Assembly: GCA_965215885.1 (NCBI GenBank)
Contig: CBDCEW010000061.1
Span: forward strand, 1 to 14,099
Reading direction: 5' to 3'
Source of the DNA: Candidatus Moanibacter sp.
GTDB lineage: Bacteria > Verrucomicrobiota > Verrucomicrobiia > Opitutales > UBA2987
DNA length: 14,099 bases
The translations under genes and the position numbers were made by a program. A model generated the notes under the pieces. It saw nothing but the letters and a program-made list of their open reading frames with translations, was not told the DNA's origin and ran no database searches. This document shows positions 8,915-14,099 of the stretch, one piece after another (within the stretch, counting starts at the first letter, position 1; each line of letters begins with the position of its first letter).

Positions 8915-8993
8915 GACCACAACTCATCCGTTGCCCGTCCTTCCATCCGTTGCAACACACTCCCTTGCGCGTTATTTCGCGTCTTTGGCGGGC
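8915..8993 (+). repeat. Dispersed repeat module B, copy 1 (79 bp)
   Basis: Ungapped match to 13237-13315 with 8 mismatches. Confidence 0.9.
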
Positions 8994-9091
8994 CCTCTCT
9001 CATCCCGCATCCCTGCGACCCATTCTCGAAATTCGTCGTCGTAATCGTAATCGAACTTCGATCTTCCCATCTTCCATTAGCAATTCACAAA

Positions 9092-9181
9092 TTCAACAGT
9101 TCAACAGTTCAACAGTTCAACAGTTCAACAGTTCAACAGTTCAACAGTTCAACAGTTCAACAGTTCAACAGTTCAACAGTT
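9092..9181. repeat. Perfect tandem repeat (TTCAACAG)x11
   Basis: Eleven exact 8-bp units read directly. Confidence 0.97.
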
Positions 9182-9258
9182 AATTATTCGAATCCTCCCT
9201 ATCGACGAAGCAATCCACTTTCGTGCTTTTTCGCGTCTTTAGCGGGCAACCCTTCCCT

Positions 9259-9284
9259 CCCCATTCGTTGCTCTTCATTCATTC
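9259..9284 (-). repeat. 26-bp gene-tail repeat, copy 1
   Basis: CCCCATTCGTTGCTCTTCATTCATTC matches 11430-11455 at 25/26; contains the dehydratase stop codon. Confidence 0.8.
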
Positions 9285-11264
9285 GCTGCTAACCCTCGAA
9301 GAACATTCTCCCCTCTCTACGCTCTGCCCTCTTTCCAGCACCTCCACAATCCGATCGACATCGTATACACAGCCATTCCAACTTCCGCCGCTTACATTCT
9401 GGAGAGCCGCCCAGAGCCGCGTATCATCCGGAACGTTCGGATGTTGGCGAATTATTGGGTTCAGAGACCGTTCTCGCAAAACCTCTTCTGCGTTTTCCGC
9501 CACAAGATCGATGCTACCCTCAAGTTTCCGGCAATCGATTTGAATGCGGATCGTATCGCCATCGCGGATTTTGCCGATCGGCCCTCCCGCCAGGGCCTCG
9601 GGGCTGATGTGCCCGATGCAGGCTCCGGTCGATACTCCGGAGAAGCGGCCGTCCGTCAGAAGAGCGATGCCCTTACCGGCCTTCGAGTATCGCAGAGCGG
9701 AAGTCAGCTGGTAGGTCTCCGGCATTCCCGCGCCGATTGGGCCGATCCCAACAAGAAGCATGACGTCGCCGGATGCGACTTGGTCTGCTCCCTCTCCTTT
9801 AACCGCGGCGATGGCGTCGTCTTCGGAAGAAAAGACGCGGGCAGGCCCCTCGTGAAAATAGATCCCCTCTTCCGAAATTGTGCTGGGCTCGATTGCCGTG
9901 CTTTTCACCACCGATCCCTCCGGCGCCAGATTGCCGGTGGGAAATGTCACCGTGCTCGTAATTCCGCACTCCGATGCCTTCTCCGGGCTCATAATGACAT
10001 CATCCGGGTCGATTCCATCGAGCTGGTATAGTTTCTCTCTTAAGCGTTCTCTTCTTTCTGAAGTCTCCCACCACCGGAGATTCTCCTCCAGTGTCGCGCC
10101 CGTAGCGGTCAATGCGGAAAGGTTCAGATGCCCGGAATCCCTGAGATGCAACATGACCTCCGGTACTCCCCCGGCGAGGAAGACCTGGACAGTGGCAAAC
10201 CCCTTTGGCCCATTCGGTATAGCATCGACGAGACGCGGCACCTTTCCATTCACTTTTTGCCACGCCTTTACATCCGGTCTCCCCAAACCGGCGGCGAACG
10301 CGATCGCGGGAAAGTGCAGAATCAGGTTGGTAGACCCTCCAAACGCGGCATGCACAGCCATGGCATTCTCGAACGACGCGTCCGTGAGGATATCTCCAAT
10401 CGTCTGATCCCTCTCACTCATCCCCTTTACGGCATGGGCCGATCTGGCGGCAAGGTCCTTCCATATCGGGGCTCCCGATGGAGAGAGCGCCGCATGAGTA
10501 AGCGTCATTCCGAGTGCCTCCGCGGCCACCTGCATACTGGCCGCGGTACCCAGAAACTGGCAGCCTCCGCCGGGAGAACCGCAAGCACGGCAACCGAGAA
10601 CCGAGGCGTCTTTCAATGACAATTCTTCATGGCTATAGCGAACGCCAATTGTTTGTATCTTTCCAAGATCCTCTCCCTCTTCGCTGAGAAGCGTAACCCC
10701 TCCGGGAATGACGATAGAGGGCAGTTCTCTCTGACCGGCCAGCGCCAGCATCATCGCGGGTAGCCCTTTGTCACAGGTCGCCACTCCCAATACCCCGCGC
10801 CGGGTCGGGAGGGAACGGATGAGGCGCCGCAATACAATCGCCGCATCATTCCGATAAGGGAGGCTATCCAGCATTCCCACCGTTCCATTCGTCCGGCCAT
10901 CGCATGGGTCGCTGCAAAAACCGGCAAAAGGTATATCCCCGTTCTCAGCGATAACTCTCGCTGCCTCCTCCATCAGGAGGCCTACCTCGTAGTGCCCAGT
11001 GTGGTAACCAAGGGCAACGGGCGACCCATCCGGACGCCGTATCCCGCCCTGCGTGCTCAATATGAGAAACTGTTCGCCACCCAACTTGGCCGGGTTCCAT
11101 CCCATCCCGGCATTCTGGGTCCAGCCGAAGATCGTCCCGCTCGGTTGCGTGCGCAGAAAATCCTCCGAAAATGGAAGACTACCCGAGGGACCCGCCGCCG
11201 TCGTGCGGAGCGAAAATATCTCCGGATCTCCGGAATCAAATACCGATGCAGCCTTCATTCTCAC
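9279..11264 (-). CDS. yagF: YjhG/YagF family D-xylonate dehydratase (IlvD/Edd superfamily)
   Basis: [76 protein letters not shown] start with AGGA upstream (alternative ATG at 11258). Confidence 0.9.
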   Translation of the reverse strand: MRMKAASVFDSGDPEIFSLRTTAAGPSGSLPFSEDFLRTQPSGTIFGWTQNAGMGWNPAKLGGEQFLILSTQGGIRRPDGSPVALGYHTGHYEVGLLMEEAARVIAENGDIPFAGFCSDPCDGRTNGTVGMLDSLPYRNDAAIVLRRLIRSLPTRRGVLGVATCDKGLPAMMLALAGQRELPSIVIPGGVTLLSEEGEDLGKIQTIGVRYSHEELSLKDASVLGCRACGSPGGGCQFLGTAASMQVAAEALGMTLTHAALSPSGAPIWKDLAARSAHAVKGMSERDQTIGDILTDASFENAMAVHAAFGGSTNLILHFPAIAFAAGLGRPDVKAWQKVNGKVPRLVDAIPNGPKGFATVQVFLAGGVPEVMLHLRDSGHLNLSALTATGATLEENLRWWETSERRERLREKLYQLDGIDPDDVIMSPEKASECGITSTVTFPTGNLAPEGSVVKSTAIEPSTISEEGIYFHEGPARVFSSEDDAIAAVKGEGADQVASGDVMLLVGIGPIGAGMPETYQLTSALRYSKAGKGIALLTDGRFSGVSTGACIGHISPEALAGGPIGKIRDGDTIRIQIDCRKLEGSIDLVAENAEEVLRERSLNPIIRQHPNVPDDTRLWAALQNVSGGSWNGCVYDVDRIVEVLERGQSVERGECSSRVSSE

Positions 11265-11317
11265 AACTGGTTCCTGTTTACTGGATAATGGTCACTGGTT
11301 ACCTACTGAACACTGCC
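11265..11317. repeat. Degenerate heptamer tandem repeat (NACTGGT-like)
   Basis: aactggt tcctgtt tactgga taatggt cactggt (tacc) tactgaa cactgcc, abutting the dehydratase start. Confidence 0.55.
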
Positions 11318-11429
11318 GAGGGCCCCGAGCCTTATAGTCGAAGGCGGGGTCACTGGTAGCCGCGTCGGCAACGACGGGGTCTTCACATATCCGATATCAC
11401 TCGCCACATCCACCGAACATCCTCCTCTC

Positions 11430-11455
11430 CCCCATTCGTTGCCCTTCATTCATTC
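11430..11455 (-). repeat. 26-bp gene-tail repeat, copy 2
   Basis: Matches 9259-9284; contains the ADP-ribosylglycohydrolase stop codon. Confidence 0.8.
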
Positions 11456-12459
11456 ATTGCACCCTCTCCCCTTCCCACAATCTTCTCTACCCACCCTTCA
11501 ATCCTCTCTCGTTCGTTGAGTCGTTCACGCCAGGAACCCGGTATCGCACCAACCCCCAAATGCGCGCCCAACCATGCCCCCACCATTCCAGCTCGCCCGG
11601 CATTATCTCCCCCGGCCCGAATCACTCGCAAGACAGCCTCTTCAAAGGATCCATCGAATTTCAACAACGCGTGCACGGACGAGGGAAAACTACTCGGAAG
11701 AGGACAGGACTGCCCGAGTTTGTCGGTCGCATTCTCGACGCTTTTCGACAAATGATCGAACGCGGTTTGTATCTTTCTTTTCAGTGCAAATCCGTAATCC
11801 GAATCCTTCGAGACAATTTCTTCCACACGGTGCAATACGCTATGGATGTCGCGCCCTTCAAGAAGCTCCAACAGAATCAGCGCGTGCGCCTTCACATAAG
11901 CCACCGCGCGGTCCTTGTTCTGCCGCACACGCGTTGCGCGCTCCACCAAGTCGAGTAATCCTTCTTCGCGATGGTGCGCGGCGACCACCGGCGCAAGGGA
12001 AGTCACGGTGGCCAGTTGATCGTCATCCGCGCCCTGTTGAAAATCGAATGGCTCCCCCGGATGCCTCTCCTCAAATTCCCTTTTCGATTCGAGAGTCTCA
12101 CTCGTCGCATGATCCATATATCCGGTATAAGTTTGAGGATCAATCGCAGCGACAAAGCGCGAACCAAAATCCTTTTCATCGAATCGCCCCGACTCCGCCA
12201 CGGATTGCAGCATGATGAGCGCCGCGTCACCGTAGTGTGTAAAGTCGCCGGGATTCTTACCGAAGTGGTAATGCCCTTCCCTTGGCGCTTCGAACCCGCT
12301 GATACCTTCCGGATAGGCTCCCGCCATATCATTCAGATTGTAAATCCAATGCGTCCCCAGGCTCGCCGCGTCCCCCACAAACTGCCCCCAGATCATCCCC
12401 CTCAGCCGGTCGGAGATATCAGGCTCTCGCTCTATTGGTGGTCCGTCGTTCTCATCCAT
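11446..12459 (-). CDS. ADP-ribosylglycohydrolase family protein (SelJ/J1-crystallin-like branch)
   Basis: DRLRGMIWGQFVGDAASLGTHWIY N-terminus; FEEAVLRVIRAGGDNAGRAGMVGAWLGAHLGVGAIPGSW C-terminus; ATG at 12459 preferred to the upstream TTG. Confidence 0.9.
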   Translation of the reverse strand: MDENDGPPIEREPDISDRLRGMIWGQFVGDAASLGTHWIYNLNDMAGAYPEGISGFEAPREGHYHFGKNPGDFTHYGDAALIMLQSVAESGRFDEKDFGSRFVAAIDPQTYTGYMDHATSETLESKREFEERHPGEPFDFQQGADDDQLATVTSLAPVVAAHHREEGLLDLVERATRVRQNKDRAVAYVKAHALILLELLEGRDIHSVLHRVEEIVSKDSDYGFALKRKIQTAFDHLSKSVENATDKLGQSCPLPSSFPSSVHALLKFDGSFEEAVLRVIRAGGDNAGRAGMVGAWLGAHLGVGAIPGSWRERLNERERIEGWVEKIVGRGEGAMNE

Positions 12460-12656
12460 ATGCGGAACTATTCCTAAGCCAGCCTTCCTCCGCAATCAAA
12501 TTGGAAGATCGACGCACTAAATAGGAGCCACGGAGAACACCGAGAAGCCTGGCGCAGCGAAGCCGCAACCAAAAAGAAGAAGAGAACCGCAGATGCATCC
12601 CGGCAAGCCGGGACGAATGCAGAAGGAAACTCCTACTTCCCTTGGAAACCTCGTCG

Positions 12657-12737
12657 CGAACCTTGTCGATGGAGCTTACTGCGAAGTTTACGGCAATGGC
12701 ACTCTGTCATTGCGAGGAAGAATGACGAAGCAATCCA
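12657..12737 (+). repeat. Dispersed repeat module A, copy 2
   Basis: 52-bp exact match to 8787-8838. Confidence 0.9.
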
Positions 12738-12790
12738 AATCTCTGACCTTGGCCTCCTGCGAAGAAGGCTTTATCAAATCCTCAGAGATT

Positions 12791-12931
12791 TCCCACGGTG
12801 GGCTTCGCCCCATCCCACGGTGCCTGCCGGTAACCATAGGTCCCGAGGTCGAATAGAGCCAAAGTCCCGAATTCCACCATCATCCATCGACCACCGTGTG
12901 GAACAGTGGGATGGCTACTGCATCCGTGGGA
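12791..12931. repeat. Imperfect inverted-repeat (REPIN-like) element
   Basis: Outer TCCCACGG/CCGTGGGA and inner CCATCCCAC/GTGGGATGG arms. Confidence 0.55.
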
Positions 12932-13005
12932 CATCCTCCCAATCGACAAATCTCACGATCCCGCTCAGCGGGACTCGCGCCAGTGTTTGGGGAAAGAAGC
13001 TTTAG

Positions 13006-13203
13006 CAGCCGCTCAGAGGAGAGGACAAACTACGAATAGTGTCTAAGGGGACCATAGACGAAGTTGAGTAAGTGGGTAATGAGGATGAGACGGGCGTAGA
13101 TAAGAAGCTCAACCTGGTAGGGAGTAGTCTCTTTGACCTGACCGAGATTAAGATGTTGCTTAAAGGCCTTAAAGAAAATTTCGATGCGCAGCGAAGCCCG
13201 TAA
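13006..13203 (+). pseudogene. Possible decayed gene fragment
   Basis: Frame reads QPLRGEDKLRIVSKGTIDEVE*VGNEDETGVDKKLNLVGSSLFDLTEIKMLLKGLKENFDAQRSP*, protein-like with an internal TAA at 13069. Confidence 0.3.
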
Positions 13204-13236
13204 AAGCTCAGAATCTGCTTAGGGCTAAAGTCTTCT

Positions 13237-13315
13237 GACCACAACTCATCCGTTGCCTCTCCTTCTATCCGCTGCAACACGCTCCCTTTCGCGTTATTTC
13301 GCGTGTTTAGCGGGC
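13237..13315 (+). repeat. Dispersed repeat module B, copy 2
   Basis: 71/79 identity to 8915-8993. Confidence 0.9.
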
Positions 13316-13503
13316 AAATCTCTTCCTGATCTCCCGTCGATCTTCTCCTGTTCTGATTTTAGATTACGATTATGATTACGACGGAAGATTGAATGGTTTC
13401 GCCATCTCCAATTCGCGAAGCTCAAAGGTGATCGATTTTCGGCAAAGTTTACTCCGAAGCTTACGACAAGGGAAGTTCGTGATTAATCCGAGGAAGTTTT
13501 CGA

Positions 13504-13538
13504 CTGTCATTGCGAGGAAGAATGACGAAGCAATCCAG
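13504..13538 (+). repeat. Dispersed repeat module A core, copy 3
   Basis: CTGTCATTGCGAGGAAGAATGACGAAGCAATCCAG, identical to copy 1. Confidence 0.9.
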
Positions 13539-13597
13539 GCCTTGCCCCGCACCTTGCCATCTCCTCCCTCGTCCCGCTGGGCGCATACGCGTAAACC

Positions 13598-13798
13598 TTA
13601 ATTTCTCAGCTGATTGAGCGCCAATGACTTACGTGGTTTTGTGCGACGCAGGATGAGAGTATCTCTATCTTCGAGGATCCACTCCATTTGTTCTGCCTTT
13701 TCGATTTCCATGGTCTCTACCACTGCGGTGGGAATGTTCGCGTAGTAGCTCGTCGATCGGGTCCGGCTGATTTTCTGTACCTTGATCACATAGCCCAT
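13598..13798 (-). CDS. Small AbrB/MazE/SpoVT-like DNA-binding protein
   Basis: KVQKI...SYYANIPTAVVETMEIEKAEQMEWILEDRDTLILRR fits the swapped-hairpin pattern (IPxxhxxxhxhxxGxxhxh...hhhR). Confidence 0.7.
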   Translation of the reverse strand: MGYVIKVQKISRTRSTSYYANIPTAVVETMEIEKAEQMEWILEDRDTLILRRTKPRKSLALNQLRN

Positions 13799-13897
13799 CT
13801 TTTTTCACTTTTGATGCATTTTATGATGTACAACAGTTCAGTTATAGGCTTTAGCCTATGGATGCAAAGTATAAAAACAGTAAGTTGTATTCGTCAA

Positions 13898-14099
13898 CAC
13901 GGTATTTTGATTCTCGGAGCATTAGGTGATGATATTGATGGCCTTATGTAAGTTAAAGACGAAATCATCACAGAGTGCGGGAGTGGATTCAGCGCCCATG
14001 GAAGACTTGAGGCTGAGAACCAGTTGCCTGCATGCAGCAAGAATTCTGGCTGCGTTATGATTACGGATCATACATCGATCTTCATCGAAGAAGCGATCC
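13898..14099 (-). mobile_element. Downstream end of an ISAs1-family insertion sequence
   Basis: Transposase 3' end followed closely by GAGAATCAAAATACCGTG (13915-13898), a candidate terminal inverted repeat. The partner end is outside the window. Confidence 0.6.
13922..14098 (-). CDS. ISAs1-family transposase, C-terminal part (5' portion beyond window)
   Basis: Manual translation DRFFDEDRCMIRNHNAARILAACRQLVLSLKSSMGAESTPALCDDFVFNLHKAINIIT* matches the ISAs1 signature DxxFxEDxxxIRxxNAxxxLAxxRxxxL. Confidence 0.82.
   Translation of the reverse strand, partial: DRFFDEDRCMIRNHNAARILAACRQLVLSLKSSMGAESTPALCDDFVFNLHKAINIIT

Noticed and set aside
8740..9003. Paralogous small ORFs sharing LQRxEGxATDELWS (with 13002-13280)
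   Set aside because: Similarity is confined to DNA module B and the rest is unrelated; treated as non-coding, though a short peptide cannot be excluded.
9092..9181. CRISPR array
   Set aside because: Contiguous 8-bp units, no spacers, no cas genes.
8950..9183. ORF with STVQQFNS repeats
   Set aside because: Translation of the VNTR and repeat modules; no sign of a real gene.
11704..11706. Selenocysteine recoding in the SelJ-like protein
   Set aside because: The codon is TGT and there is no internal in-frame TGA.

Overview
Bacterial chromosomal segment, probably Verrucomicrobiota/PVC (inferred from gene content and repeat style). Left to right: a membrane-anchored hypothetical protein; an intergenic region with a 96-bp inverted-repeat element and a 182-bp near-perfect hairpin; a minus-strand operon of a large TPR protein, ExbB/TolQ, ExbD/TolR and an atypical TonB-C-like protein; a divergent three-gene NAD(P) transhydrogenase operon (pntAA-pntAB-pntB); a repeat-rich spacer; a YagF/YjhG-type sugar-acid dehydratase; a SelJ-like ADP-ribosylglycohydrolase-family protein; a second spacer built from the same repeat modules; a small AbrB-like gene; and the 3' end of an ISAs1-family transposase that the ORF track missed. 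The best leads are the strand-asymmetric hairpin at 826-1007, the atypical TPR-ExbBD-TonB-like module and the modular repeats. Nothing here proves a new system.
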